The notes: a model not told the origin generated them from the sequence alone. DNA of 64,000 nt from an uncultured Candidatus Binatia bacterium (GCA_965214605.1 OZ243961.1:2304001-2368000); one strand, 5' to 3'. Shown: positions 48,481 through 59,090, numbered from the stretch's first letter. Numbers and translations are program-made.

Positions 48481-49193
48481 CCAAGCGTGCCGTTCGGGTT
48501 CATCGGCAATCTTCGGAACGTTTATATTCTGTCCTTACATTAGTTCATGAGCAGACATACGTACGATAGCACACATGTGGATTTGATGGTGAACCCCACG
48601 CAACGTAACACCGCGGCCATGCAGAGCGTGACCTTTGGCGCCTGAGATGGGAGTCATATAGGCTTCCGTACCGATGACCTAACCTCGACGGGTGGTTCGC
48701 CCACTCACGACAATGTCGCTCCCGTACCCGTCCAGCCACAAGGAAGCCGCCATCGCTCCGGACGGCTCCCTACTGCCGCTGAGAGCCTCCCCCCAGTTGA
48801 AGATCATGACAAGCCGTTAGGCGTATCGCTGCAGCTCCGCGCCATTTCTATGGCGCTATGACCTCCTCTACTCAGATACCAGCCAACGCGACCCTGGCCT
48901 AGTTTTCCTCGGATACATACTGAATCAAGTAGCGCCGGTACGCCAGCGCCTAGCCTTGGCGCACCAACCAACCGATCAGGTCCGGGCCGTTTTGTCCTTG
49001 TAGATACTGAGCGTCGAGCAAACCGCTCCGGGTAAGCAGATGTTGGCAGAAGAAGGGTGGGCAGATTACCTATGGTGAGTAAAGGTTCGCGGTGGTACAC
49101 GTGATATAAAATGAGACAGGCTGAGTTGGGCGCAGAAGCCGGACGTCTCAGGATCGCCTTCTGGAGTAAGAGCCGGGACGGCAGGCTGCGTTC

Positions 49194-50201
49194 GTGAATT
49201 TATGCCTTGGAGGACTTATGTTGCGAGGCAAAAAGAACAATGAGCGTCCACGCGTGTCAACGTATATCGCAGTTGGGGTTGTCGGCAGCCTCCTGTGGCT
49301 CTCAAGCGCTGTAGCCGCACCGCCACGCTTGGAAATCGATTATCCCCTCGACGGGACGCACGTCTCAGGGCTGTTCAATATCCTGGGCTGGGCAGTCGGC
49401 ATCACGGCTCCGATTGACTACGTTGAGGTGTCTTTTAATGGGGAAAGAACCGTTCCCGTCGGTTACGGCGGCGAGCGCAGGGATGTTGGCCTGGCATTTC
49501 CCGACATCCCCGACGCTGACCTCTCTGGATATGCGCTCGGCTTTAACGCGCGGATGCTGACAAACGGGATCCACCAGCTGACGGCCAGAGCGGTGGATAT
49601 GAACGGGGAGGCCGCAAGCCGGAGCATCCGTTTTCTGGTATCCAACGCGCCGGGCGAGGAAAACCCCCGCAAGGTCGAGTTCGATTTGAGGAGCGCACTT
49701 CTTGAGCCCGTAGGCAAGACCGAGATCTTGGCACAAAATATAGAAGTCGCCGGGCAACTCGTGACGAGCGTTCTTAAATATGATCAATCTTCCAGTCAAC
49801 TCGTGGCAATTTCTTTTGTAGCCGACCAGGACATCAATGGCATACGGGACGATGATAAGGATTCCGACGGGTTTGCTGATAACGACGCCGACCGGGATGG
49901 CTTTCCTGACGACGACCTCAACAGGAATGCTCTGAGTGACAGTCTCGAAAACATCAACAACAACACGAACGTGAACAACAACACAAACAGCAACGGCACA
50001 AATAGCAACACGAACACGAACGGCAACAGCAACGACAACACAAACAGCAACGACAACACAAACAGCAACGACAACACAAACAGCAACGACAACACAAACA
50101 GCAACGACAACGCGAACAACAACACGAACGTGAACAACAACACAAACAGCAACAGCAACGGCAACACGAATACCGACGATGACGACGATGATGACGATTG
50201 A
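49194..50201 (+). CDS. Secreted protein with an Ig-like domain, Asp-rich motifs and an Asn-rich low-complexity tail
   Basis: Hydrophobic signal ending AVA; L.NG.H.L..RAVD..G Ig-like motif; D.D.DG repeats; (NSNDNT)n; poly-D C-terminus. Confidence 0.75.
   Translation: MNLCLGGLMLRGKKNNERPRVSTYIAVGVVGSLLWLSSAVAAPPRLEIDYPLDGTHVSGLFNILGWAVGITAPIDYVEVSFNGERTVPVGYGGERRDVGLAFPDIPDADLSGYALGFNARMLTNGIHQLTARAVDMNGEAASRSIRFLVSNAPGEENPRKVEFDLRSALLEPVGKTEILAQNIEVAGQLVTSVLKYDQSSSQLVAISFVADQDINGIRDDDKDSDGFADNDADRDGFPDDDLNRNALSDSLENINNNTNVNNNTNSNGTNSNTNTNGNSNDNTNSNDNTNSNDNTNSNDNTNSNDNANNNTNVNNNTNSNSNGNTNTDDDDDDDD
49955..50170 (+). repeat. Coding tandem repeat: 18-bp AACAGCAACGACAACACA x4 plus one variant (50025-50114), flanked by a duplicated 39-bp block
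   Basis: Directly visible; the 39-bp block lies at 49955-49993 and 50115-50153. Confidence 0.95.
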
Positions 50202-50255
50202 GGAAGTATGGTCTCCGTCGTATGAGGAGCTAAGTGGGGAGGTCTCTTTCCCTGG

Positions 50256-51875
50256 ATGAGCTGGAGGAGAGCGTTAATGCGCGAGGCAGAGACTCCTCAC
50301 AAAAAGACGGCGACTGCTTCCACAGCTCTGACCAGCCTCGTTCTCCGCGCGGTGAAGCCGTGTCTCCTTGTCCATGGCGTGATCGCCGCCGTCCTGTCCG
50401 GAACCCTTCTTGTCTATATCCAATTTGCCAGTCCGCACATTGTAGGGAACGATGGATACCATCACATCAAGATGGCGGAATTAACGCTCCACCAAGGCCT
50501 CCCGCTTTCGTTCCCATGGTTGCCCTTCACCATTGTGGATGAGCAAGGCTACGCCGACCGCCATATGCTGCTCCATATTCTGCAAGCCCCCTTCACGATG
50601 GTTGCCGATTTGGTGCCGGCGTCGAAGTGGGCCGCGGTAACGCTCGCCGTTTTTGCCTGCTGTGTGTTCTATTTTTTTCTTGTCAGTTACGGGATCCGCT
50701 ATCCTTTCGTCTGGCTGCTCGTGCTTTTTGCGTCATCGTCTCCGTTTCTGTACCGGATGAGTATGGCACGGGGGCAGAGCTTGGGGTTGGCGTTTCAGTT
50801 GATGGCGATGTATCTGATTCTGAAACGTCGGCCGGTCGGTCTCGGGATTGTGGCGGTACTGTTTGTGTTGGCCTATAACGCCTTTCCGCTGCTTCTGATC
50901 CTGGTGCTAATCGGCCTGGTGACCCACTATCTCGTTGATGGCACGATTGAATATCCTCTCGTCCTCGGAACGGGAATCGGGATCGCCTGCGGCCTGGTGG
51001 TTCATCCCTACTTTCCGCAGAATGTCCTCCTGCTCTGGGATCACATCGTCCCCAAGTTGTTCGTAGTGGATTACCCCGCATCGGTCGGGGGAGAGTGGCG
51101 GCCGTATGATTCGTGGGCTTTACTGAAGCTGTCGCTCGGAGCGCACCTCGCCTATGGGAGCGCCCTAGTCCTGACCAACCGAGACGAATGGCGCCGCGAT
51201 GCCCCTCGGCTGTTCTTATTTTTGGCGGCCACGCTCTACGCGGTCCTCTTGGTCAAATCGCGGCGGTTCGTCGAATACTATCCGCCGGTGGCCGTGCTGT
51301 TCTTGGCGGTGGGATCACGGGATTGGTTGAAGTCGTTCGACGTCCGCTCTATTGCCTGGACTGACGGAAAAGTCGGCGGACTCCTAGCGGCAAGCCTCCT
51401 GCTCGCCGCCGCCCTGCAAACCACCGTCCAAGCCGCCTGGCACGATATTCACCGCCTCCCCTCGTCTGAGGCGTATAAAGGCGGAGCGGAATGGTTAGCT
51501 CACAACACCCCCAAAGGGGCGCGCGTGTTCCATACCGATTGGGACGATTTTCCCCGGCTGTTTTTCTTTAACACGCATAATACCTATATCGTCGGGCTTG
51601 ATCCCGACTTCATGCGGCTCAAAAATCCCCACTTCTACGACCGGTGGCGAGCCATCACCGCCGGGAGAGTGCGCCTACCGGGCCGGGTGATTCGTCAGAA
51701 GTTTGGGTGTGAGTACGCCTTTACCGATAACGCCCACCGGAAATTCATTGCCCTTGCCGATCGCGACCCCAGCATGCAACGGGTGTACGCAGATCAGGAG
51801 ACCACGGTGTACCGCGTGCTTGCTGAAAATACCGAGCCGCGGCGGAGCACAAACGCCCCAGTAGAGCGCCCTTAG
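50256..51875 (+). CDS. Polytopic membrane protein, GT-C glycosyltransferase-like
   Basis: Many TM segments; DGYHH after the first TM; EW.P, SRRFVEY and soluble C-terminal domain. Confidence 0.6.
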   Translation: MSWRRALMREAETPHKKTATASTALTSLVLRAVKPCLLVHGVIAAVLSGTLLVYIQFASPHIVGNDGYHHIKMAELTLHQGLPLSFPWLPFTIVDEQGYADRHMLLHILQAPFTMVADLVPASKWAAVTLAVFACCVFYFFLVSYGIRYPFVWLLVLFASSSPFLYRMSMARGQSLGLAFQLMAMYLILKRRPVGLGIVAVLFVLAYNAFPLLLILVLIGLVTHYLVDGTIEYPLVLGTGIGIACGLVVHPYFPQNVLLLWDHIVPKLFVVDYPASVGGEWRPYDSWALLKLSLGAHLAYGSALVLTNRDEWRRDAPRLFLFLAATLYAVLLVKSRRFVEYYPPVAVLFLAVGSRDWLKSFDVRSIAWTDGKVGGLLAASLLLAAALQTTVQAAWHDIHRLPSSEAYKGGAEWLAHNTPKGARVFHTDWDDFPRLFFFNTHNTYIVGLDPDFMRLKNPHFYDRWRAITAGRVRLPGRVIRQKFGCEYAFTDNAHRKFIALADRDPSMQRVYADQETTVYRVLAENTEPRRSTNAPVERP

Positions 51876-52735
51876 CCGGCTATCCCCCCTAGAAAGCCTA
51901 AGTGGGTACACAACAGCCTCCTTGACCGTGGCCGACGTGGGTCGTACCTCCTGTCATGCGGTCCGCTCTTGCCTCTTTTCATCACCTACCCCCGGGATTT
52001 ACGCGGCGTCAACCATCAGAAAAGCGCTGTCCTTCAGACGCGGCTTCCCGCCACCCCCATGCCAAGTCCGGCTGGACTAGAGGAATGTGGTCAGCTCGGG
52101 CTGTTTTCCGTGTCTGGAGAGCCGCCCCGGGGACACAGCTCCCGTCCCTGCGAAACGAGCGCTATTCGGCATGCTCAGAATCATTGTCAGCGGCCGAGAG
52201 GCCCGACATCGCGAGAGCACACCAGGTGATATATGGCGACAATCAGATAAGAGATCTTCTCCATGCTGTGGGATGTTGCAGGCCGGAACAAAGGCGGCGC
52301 TAACCAGCCAGACCGCGCCAAATAGGAAGACGGCGGCGGTCGTGCCCCCCTCTGATCCATATACCGAGACCGCCGTTGGCGGCGGCCTTCCGCTGACCAT
52401 GAATAAGTCAATAGACGGCAGACAGCTGAAGCTCCACACAACCGTGGCGGGCCAGCGGCGCATCTCGTCGGTCAAAACCGCCGGGGCGTCGCAGGAGACT
52501 TCCCGGTTCAGAGATGGCTGGGGCACGACTGAAACCGCAAGCATGGTCCCGGCGTATTTGGCAGTCGGAGCTGGGCCGAACGATCACTCGCCGCTACTGA
52601 GCGCGACGGATAACTTGAGGCACGCTTTTGTGGCACGCAGAGCGCGCGCCGAACGACGGCGGAGGGGGTGGACTGCCGAGGGTCCGGGTCGTCTGCCGAC
52701 CCGGGTCGGAAAACGGCTGGAGCTGTTGGCCGCTG

Positions 52736-53773
52736 TTAGCCAAACTCCGGCATGACTTCCTGGGCAAAGATCTCCAGACCGTGCTTGGCCCGGGCCGGAT
52801 CCCGTGCCCCGGCGTGCATATAAAACGCCACCTGTTCCATCCCGAACTCGTCCCGCAACTCGGTCAGCCGCCGCCGACAGTCTTGCGGAGTGCCGACAAT
52901 CGCCCGCTCCTCCAGATTGTCCGGCAGGGATTGGACTAGCTCGAGGAAGGCCTGGAGCGGATCGCCCGAACGCAGCTGAGTCATCGTCTCGGGCGGCACA
53001 AACGATGAGATGAGGTTAACATAGTTGCGGGTACACTCCTTGGCTTCGGCTATCGCCCGCTGTCGGTCGTTGTCGACAAACAGAAAAAAGATGAAGGTTG
53101 CCTGCTGCCCGCTATGGCCGTGCTCTTTCAGTAACGCTCGGTAACGCTCGACCCGGCGCCGTACCTCGAAGTGGGGCGCGGACAGCCACGGTACGACAAA
53201 GGCATTATCGCCGATGGCCCCGGCGGCTTCAAAGGATTCCATACTGAGCGTGCCGCGATAGATCGGTGGGTGGGGTTTTTGGATGGGCTTGGGCGACAGG
53301 GACAGCTCCGGGACCTGCCAGAACCGGCCTTGGTAGGAAAAGCTGTCTTGAGTCCAGGCTTGGCGGATAATTGCCAGAGCTTCTTCATAGCGGGCCTGAC
53401 TCTCCTGCGGTGGAACACAGAAGCCCTCGAAATGTTTGGGGATGATACCGCGTCCAACCCCGAAGTCGAGACGGCCGCCGCTCAAGATGTCAAGCATGGC
53501 GAAGTCCTCGGCTTTCCGGAGCGGGTTTTCAAACGGCAGCAGGCTGATCGCGGTGCCCAGGCGCAGGGTTGTTGTCTCTCGAGCCAGGGCAGTCAGAAAC
53601 AGCTGCGGACTCGGACAAATACCAAACGAGTAAAAATGTTCCTCGCCCAGCCAGACCGAGTCAAACCCCAGCTGTTCGGAACGGATAATCAGGTCAAGGG
53701 TGTCTTGATAATAGCGGACCTCGTTCTGGCGGTCCTGAAAAAAGTCGAAGAGGGAAAATAGCCCGAATTTCAT
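52736..53773 (-). CDS. LLM class flavin-dependent oxidoreductase
   Basis: LGFDSVWLGEEH, PLRKAEDFAMLDILSGGRLDFGVGRG and PKPIQKPHPP motifs. Confidence 0.93.
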   Translation of the reverse strand: MKFGLFSLFDFFQDRQNEVRYYQDTLDLIIRSEQLGFDSVWLGEEHFYSFGICPSPQLFLTALARETTTLRLGTAISLLPFENPLRKAEDFAMLDILSGGRLDFGVGRGIIPKHFEGFCVPPQESQARYEEALAIIRQAWTQDSFSYQGRFWQVPELSLSPKPIQKPHPPIYRGTLSMESFEAAGAIGDNAFVVPWLSAPHFEVRRRVERYRALLKEHGHSGQQATFIFFLFVDNDRQRAIAEAKECTRNYVNLISSFVPPETMTQLRSGDPLQAFLELVQSLPDNLEERAIVGTPQDCRRRLTELRDEFGMEQVAFYMHAGARDPARAKHGLEIFAQEVMPEFG

Positions 53774-53829
53774 AATGCTTCCCTTTGTTACCCGCTGTGT
53801 TTTGTGGACAAAGAGCGCCGCCGTCCGTC

Positions 53830-55497
53830 CTAGAACATCCCGGAAATCCTGCCGGTCGCGTCCATCTTCATCCCAAACGCGGCCGGCTTGGCGGCTAGGC
53901 CCGGCATGGTCAACATGTCTCCGGTCAGCGGAACGCAGAAACCCGCCCCGGCCGACAGGCGAATCTCGCGGACCGACAGGGTAAAGTCACGCGGACGACC
54001 GTAGCGTTTGGGGTCGTCGGACAGCGACATTTGAGTCTTGGCCATGCAGACCGGAAAGTGGTTGTAGCCGAGGGCGTCGATCCGTTTGAGATCGGTCCGG
54101 GCACGCGGCAGCAGGCTGATATCGGCGGCGCCGTAGATCTTTTGGGCGATGGTGCGAATCTTGTCCTCAATCGGCATGTCCGAAGGATACAGAAAGCGCG
54201 GACTAGGTGGGTCCGGGCGACACGCTTCGACAATCGCCTCGGCCAGGGCCAAGCCACCCTCTCCACCCCGGCCGAACACATCGATGACTGTGGCCGGCAC
54301 GCCTAAGGCTTGGCACTCGTCTACGATCAGCCGTAATTCGTCCGGGCTATCGGCCGCAAAGCGGTTGACTGCAATGACCGGTTGCAGGCCATAGGTGCGG
54401 ACGCTCTCGGTATGTTTGGCCAGATTGTCCATCCCTGCCTTGAGGCTGCTCAGATCGGGCTTGGTCACCTCGGTGACCGGGGTGCCGCCGTGCATTTTGA
54501 GCGCTTTGGCCGTGGCCACCAACACCACCGCCGACGGCCAGATATCGGCCTCGCGGCACTTGATGTCGAGAAACTTCTCACCGCCCAGATCAAATCCGAA
54601 ACCGGCTTCGGTGACCACATAGTCGGCGTACTGGAGAGCCAGGCGTGTCGCCAACACGCTGTTGCAGCCGTGGGCAATGTTGGCAAACGGGCCGCCGTGA
54701 ACAAAGGCGGGGACGCCTTCTACGGTCTGAACCAAATTCGGTTTCAGGGCGTCTTTGAGGATGATCGCCATGGCGTCGGGCGCCCGGACGTCGCGGGCCA
54801 GGACCGGTTTGCGCTGCCGGGTAAAGCCGACCACAATCCGCGACAGGCGTTCAATGAGATCGGCCGGACCGCTGCTCAGCGACAGAATAGCCATGATTTC
54901 AGACGCGGCGGTGATATCAAAGCCGTCTTCGCGCGGGACGCCCATCAGCCGTCCGCCCAGCCCGAGGACGATCTGACGCAGCGCCCGGTCGTTCATATCC
55001 ATGACCCGCCGCCAGCGAATCTGACGCACGTCGCACTCGGTCTGGCCGTGATGCAGAGCGTTATCGAGCATGGCGGCCAACAGATTATGGGCTGAGGTGA
55101 CGGCGTGAATGTCTCCGGTGAAGTGTAGATTGATGTCCTCCATCGGCAGGACTTGTGAGCGGCCACCGCCACAGCCGCCACCTTTGACGCCGAATACCGG
55201 TCCCATTGAGGGTTCGCGGACGGCGACCGCGGCTTTTTTGCCCAAGCGGGTCAGGGCTTGGCCGAGGCCGATTGTGGTGGTGGTCTTTCCTTCTCCCGCG
55301 GGAGTCGGGGTGATCGCGGAAACAAGAATGAGTTTGCCCTGAGGATGGGCGGCGGAGAGCGCTTCGAGCCCGACCTTGGCTTTGACCCGCCCGTAGAGTT
55401 CAAGGTGTTCAGGAGGAAGGGATAAGCGGGCCGCAATCTCCTCAATCGGTTTGAGGGTTACGGCTTGGGCCACCGCCAAATTTTGCTCACGGCTCAT
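53830..55497 (-). CDS. fhs: Formate--tetrahydrofolate ligase
   Basis: TPTPAGEGKTTT, INLHFTGD, HGGPFANIAHGCNS, VTEAGFG and CMAKTQ motifs. Confidence 0.97.
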   Translation of the reverse strand: MSREQNLAVAQAVTLKPIEEIAARLSLPPEHLELYGRVKAKVGLEALSAAHPQGKLILVSAITPTPAGEGKTTTTIGLGQALTRLGKKAAVAVREPSMGPVFGVKGGGCGGGRSQVLPMEDINLHFTGDIHAVTSAHNLLAAMLDNALHHGQTECDVRQIRWRRVMDMNDRALRQIVLGLGGRLMGVPREDGFDITAASEIMAILSLSSGPADLIERLSRIVVGFTRQRKPVLARDVRAPDAMAIILKDALKPNLVQTVEGVPAFVHGGPFANIAHGCNSVLATRLALQYADYVVTEAGFGFDLGGEKFLDIKCREADIWPSAVVLVATAKALKMHGGTPVTEVTKPDLSSLKAGMDNLAKHTESVRTYGLQPVIAVNRFAADSPDELRLIVDECQALGVPATVIDVFGRGGEGGLALAEAIVEACRPDPPSPRFLYPSDMPIEDKIRTIAQKIYGAADISLLPRARTDLKRIDALGYNHFPVCMAKTQMSLSDDPKRYGRPRDFTLSVREIRLSAGAGFCVPLTGDMLTMPGLAAKPAAFGMKMDATGRISGMF

Positions 55498-55686
55498 AGA
55501 GGGGATTCCTTTCAAAAGTGGGATGGCGACACCTTCATGAGCCGAAAGAGACCATCGTTCACTTTGTCTGGGCTCTGCTGCTGAATTGTCCACCCGGAAG
55601 CGAAGGCTTGTCAAGAAGGTGGCCCGTGATATACACAGGGCCGCACCCGCACTGGCGGGACGAAACACAGGGCATTCGGAGGAAGC

Positions 55687-56721
55687 ATGGCAGCGGCACG
55701 GGACAACCTGCACCGCCTACGGAATTTGGCGCTCAGTCTTGTCGTCAGCGGTGGTTTTCTCTACCTGGCCTTTCGGAATGTCGAACTCAACGAACTGCTC
55801 GAGGCACTGGCCCGGGTAGACGGCAATTGGTTGCTGGTGGCGGTAGTCGTCAGCCTGTTGATTATGGTGTTCCGGGCCTGGCGCTGGCAGCTGGAACTAC
55901 GGCCGCTGGAGCACGTGCCGCTTGGTCGTCTGTGGGTTATCTCATCGGTCGCCTATTTGGCCATCAATCTGCTGCCGGTTCGGCTGGGCGAGATCGTCCG
56001 CCCCTGGCTCCTGTCACGTCGTTCAAGCGTGTCGTTCTCGAATGTGGTCGGCAACCTGGTGTTGGAGAAAACGGTCGACCTGCTTGTGGTGGTTTTTTAT
56101 ATCCTCGTCGGGCTGCTGACGATCGGCGCTCTGCCGCCGTGGGTGCGCCAGCTGGCGCTGTTTCCGGCCGGAGTGGCCGTGGTCTTGGTCAGTTTGGTGC
56201 TGCTTTTCTGGTGGAAAGGCGAGGTGTTCGTTGAGCGCTGGGCGCTACGGGTCCTGCCTCAGGGCTTTGGCGACCGTCTCAAAGCGATCCTCGCCTCGGT
56301 CGTCGAGGGCATGAAGGTGATTCCCAACACAGGCCTCCTGCTGGCCGTGTTTGTGGTCTCGCTGGCGCTGTGGTTTCTGCCCATTCTCTCCAGTTATATT
56401 ATGATCCGCGCCTTTGATCTGGACGCGCCGTTTAGTGCCGCCCTGGTGGTGTTTATCTTTATCGGCTTTGGCACGGCGCTGCCCAATCTGCCGGGCATGA
56501 TCGGGCCCTACCAATACGCCTGTCAGCTGGCGCTGGGTCTGTTCGGAGTCAGCCAAGTGGACGGTTTGGCCTATGGTTTGGTGCTGAACGCCGTCCAGTT
56601 TCTGACCCTTGTTGCCCAGGGTTTGTGTGCCCTCCCCATTGCCGGGGTGCGCTTTGCCGATATCCGGAAGGCCGGCGATGAGAGGAAATTGGAAGGGGCA
56701 GACGTCAGGTACGATTTATAG
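55687..56721 (+). CDS. Lysylphosphatidylglycerol synthase TM-domain (UPF0104/flippase-like) protein
   Basis: RAWRW, N.LPVRLGEIVR and P..PG.IG motifs. Confidence 0.88.
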   Translation: MAAARDNLHRLRNLALSLVVSGGFLYLAFRNVELNELLEALARVDGNWLLVAVVVSLLIMVFRAWRWQLELRPLEHVPLGRLWVISSVAYLAINLLPVRLGEIVRPWLLSRRSSVSFSNVVGNLVLEKTVDLLVVVFYILVGLLTIGALPPWVRQLALFPAGVAVVLVSLVLLFWWKGEVFVERWALRVLPQGFGDRLKAILASVVEGMKVIPNTGLLLAVFVVSLALWFLPILSSYIMIRAFDLDAPFSAALVVFIFIGFGTALPNLPGMIGPYQYACQLALGLFGVSQVDGLAYGLVLNAVQFLTLVAQGLCALPIAGVRFADIRKAGDERKLEGADVRYDL

Positions 56722-56775
56722 GAAAACCGATGCTGCAACATGGACGGAAGGCGATGAGAGGAAATTGGAAGGGGC
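56674..56775 (+). repeat. 26-bp direct repeat GGCGATGAGAGGAAATTGGAAGGGGC x2, 50 bp apart
   Basis: Copies at 56674-56699 and 56750-56775. Confidence 0.9.
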
Positions 56776-56797
56776 GGCCGCCAGGTAGGGGCGAGTG

Positions 56798-57433
56798 TCA
56801 TTCCTGGTTTCTATGCGGTGCGGTACGGCGGGCGTGCAAAAAAAAGCGCAGCCGCAGACCCATCGCCAGCAAGAGATAGGCGAGCCAGAGGCCGAGCAGG
56901 CCGTGCTCAACGAGATCGGGCAGGAGCTGCTGCCCGAGGGCTGTATGCAGACCCAGCACCCCGGTTCCGATAAAATTGAGAATCCCCGCCCAGTGGCCAA
57001 TTGGATTGGAGACCAGAACGACACTCGTATCGCGGTCCGACAGCAGCCAAGAGTCCAGCACGTACTGGCCGAAGGCCACGGCCACGGCCGTCGGAATCCA
57101 CCACGGCAGCGTGCCTAGGTGGACCAGATACCCGAGCGTTACGAGCAGAAAGCTGATATCGGCCAGATTATCGAAGATTTTTCCCCGCTCAGAGCTCAGT
57201 CCCAGCGTCCGGGCAACCGGGCCGTCGTAATAGTCGCTGGCGCAGATCAGGAGAAACAGACTGGTGACCAGACCGGCCTTCTCCACGCTTGGCTGGCGCC
57301 AGCCGGTTTCAATGGCGCACACAAAAAGCGGGGTCAGGAGAAGCCGCAGCCCAGTCAGCACATGAGCAAAATTAAACGGCCGCTGGTCGGGGAGAAAGAA
57401 GTCTTTTCTGTTGACAGAATGCTCCGTCGCCAT
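56798..57433 (-). CDS. CDP-alcohol phosphatidyltransferase family protein
   Basis: SDYYDGPVAR....SSERGKIFDNLAD signature. Confidence 0.9.
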   Translation of the reverse strand: MATEHSVNRKDFFLPDQRPFNFAHVLTGLRLLLTPLFVCAIETGWRQPSVEKAGLVTSLFLLICASDYYDGPVARTLGLSSERGKIFDNLADISFLLVTLGYLVHLGTLPWWIPTAVAVAFGQYVLDSWLLSDRDTSVVLVSNPIGHWAGILNFIGTGVLGLHTALGQQLLPDLVEHGLLGLWLAYLLLAMGLRLRFFLHARRTAPHRNQE

Positions 57434-57530
57434 GACCCCTTAGTCTAGAGAGAAAAAAAGAGAAACGGAACCGAGGCGCGGACAGACGGGCCGGCGGGGG
57501 CAGGCCGTGGGCCACAAAGCCGCGTCTCGG

Positions 57531-58130
57531 TCAGGGGCTCGCTTCGGCGGGGAGGGTGGCGGAGGGTGGCGGCTCTATGCGCCTGACGATGTTTTCGATT
57601 TTGAGGATGGTGACATCAAAGGTCAGCTCCTGGCCGGCCAGGGGATGGTTGGTGTCGATTGTGGCGCTGGTGTCGCTGATTGCAATGACCTTGGCGAACT
57701 GCACCTGTCCGTCCGGTCCTGTACCCTGGAGCTGGGCACCGACTTGACGCGCCTGCTCAGGAATCCGCTCCAGCGGCACTTGGTGGGTCCGGCTGGAATC
57801 ACGCTCGCCGTAGGCGTCTTGGGGAGATACCAGGATCTTTTTCTTGTCGCCGGTCTTAAGGCCGAGCAGTCCCTGCTCAAGTCCTCTGACAAGCTCACCT
57901 CTGCCGTGGATATAAACTAACGGCTCTTGCCCAACGTTTGTGCCCACCTGGGTACCGTCGTCCAAAGTTAAGGTATATTCGAGCGCGACCTGTTTGCCGT
58001 CGGCGACCGCCATGTCCGTGCCGGCCTCGTCCTCAGACCGGCCGCGTGTACTCCAGCCGGCGAGAAGGACCACCACTGCGTAGACCATGCCTGTTCTCCA
58101 GATTGAACGTGTCGTTGAACGTGTCGTCAT
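57531..58130 (-). CDS. FKBP-type peptidyl-prolyl isomerase (SlyD-like) with an N-terminal signal-like segment; start uncertain
   Basis: PLVYIHG, P.DAYGE and DTNHPLAGQELTFDV motifs. Confidence 0.88.
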   Translation of the reverse strand: MTTRSTTRSIWRTGMVYAVVVLLAGWSTRGRSEDEAGTDMAVADGKQVALEYTLTLDDGTQVGTNVGQEPLVYIHGRGELVRGLEQGLLGLKTGDKKKILVSPQDAYGERDSSRTHQVPLERIPEQARQVGAQLQGTGPDGQVQFAKVIAISDTSATIDTNHPLAGQELTFDVTILKIENIVRRIEPPPSATLPAEASP

Positions 58131-58187
58131 AGTATGTCTCTCCTTGCTCTTCAAAAGAGGACGTGGCTGGAGTCACAGGCTTGGGCC

Positions 58188-59090
58188 CTACAGCATACGC
58201 GGCGGATTCAGATGGGAGCCAAGCGTGCCTTTAAACACTTTGAACAGGTGGTCGAGGTCCCACGGACCCGGGCTGTAGATCGTCTTTTCCGGCTCAAGAT
58301 GGGTATAGACGGCGATCCGGTAGCCGCTGGCGCCAAACGCCTGGCCCGTCACCTCCTGGGCGTCGTCACTGGCCAAGAAGACGACAATCGGGGCGACATT
58401 GGCCGGGTCCATGGGGCTGCTCTGCTCCTGGGCCGCTTCACTGCTCTCGGTCAATCCCATCTGCTGGGCAAAATTGGCTGGAATGGTGTCGGTCATACGG
58501 GTCGCCGCACCGGGGAGGATGGCGTTACAGGTGACACCGTATTTCTTGAGGGCGTTTGCGCAGCTATACGTCAAACCCAGAATGCCTGCTTTGGCGGCTG
58601 CATAGTTGGGTTGGCCGGGGGCGCCGAGGGCTGAACCAGACGAAAAATTGATGATCCGGCCTCCCTTTTGCTGGCGCATCAGGGCCGAAGCCGGACGAAT
58701 GGTGCAGAAATGACCCTTCAGATGGACCGCGATCACTGCGTCCCACTCTTCTTCGCTCATATTGAAGATCATGCGGTCGCGCAGAATTCCGGCGCAGTTG
58801 ACCAAAATGTCCAGTTTGCCAAAGCTGTCGACCGCGGTTTGGATCAGGTGCTCGCCGCCCTGGACGGTCGCCACACTGTCGGTATTGGCCACGGCCTGGC
58901 CACCGGCGGCGGTAATCTCGTCCACCACCTGCTGGGCCGGACTGGCATCCTGCCCCTCCCCATCCACGCTGGCACCTAGGTCGTTGACCACGACCTTTGC
59001 TCCCTCGCGGGCCATAAGTGTGGCGATCCCGCGTCCAATCCCGCGTCCTGAGCCGGTAACGACTGCAACTTTTCCGTCAAGTTTGCCCAT
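58188..59090 (-). CDS. SDR family oxidoreductase
   Basis: TGSGRGIG, VVNDLG, NCAGILRD and YAAAK motifs. Confidence 0.95.
   Translation of the reverse strand: MGKLDGKVAVVTGSGRGIGRGIATLMAREGAKVVVNDLGASVDGEGQDASPAQQVVDEITAAGGQAVANTDSVATVQGGEHLIQTAVDSFGKLDILVNCAGILRDRMIFNMSEEEWDAVIAVHLKGHFCTIRPASALMRQQKGGRIINFSSGSALGAPGQPNYAAAKAGILGLTYSCANALKKYGVTCNAILPGAATRMTDTIPANFAQQMGLTESSEAAQEQSSPMDPANVAPIVVFLASDDAQEVTGQAFGASGYRIAVYTHLEPEKTIYSPGPWDLDHLFKVFKGTLGSHLNPPRML

Larger units (their letters stand above)
31460..48500. mobile_element. Decaying integrative/defence island
   Basis: Several broken tyrosine integrases, RM genes, TA modules and low-GC cargo between intact chromosomal genes. Boundaries are approximate; no att repeat was found. 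Confidence 0.7.

Noticed and set aside
49796-50167. Minus-strand Leu/Val/Phe-rich and Cys-rich ORFs
   Set aside because: Antisense translations of the Asn-rich repeat.
51900-52730. Overlapping short ORFs, possibly a decayed membrane-protein gene
   Set aside because: No frame has a convincing motif or a start/RBS.
55498-55686. THF or ZTP riboswitch upstream of fhs
   Set aside because: No consensus elements recognised on the minus strand; the region also has to hold a divergent promoter.
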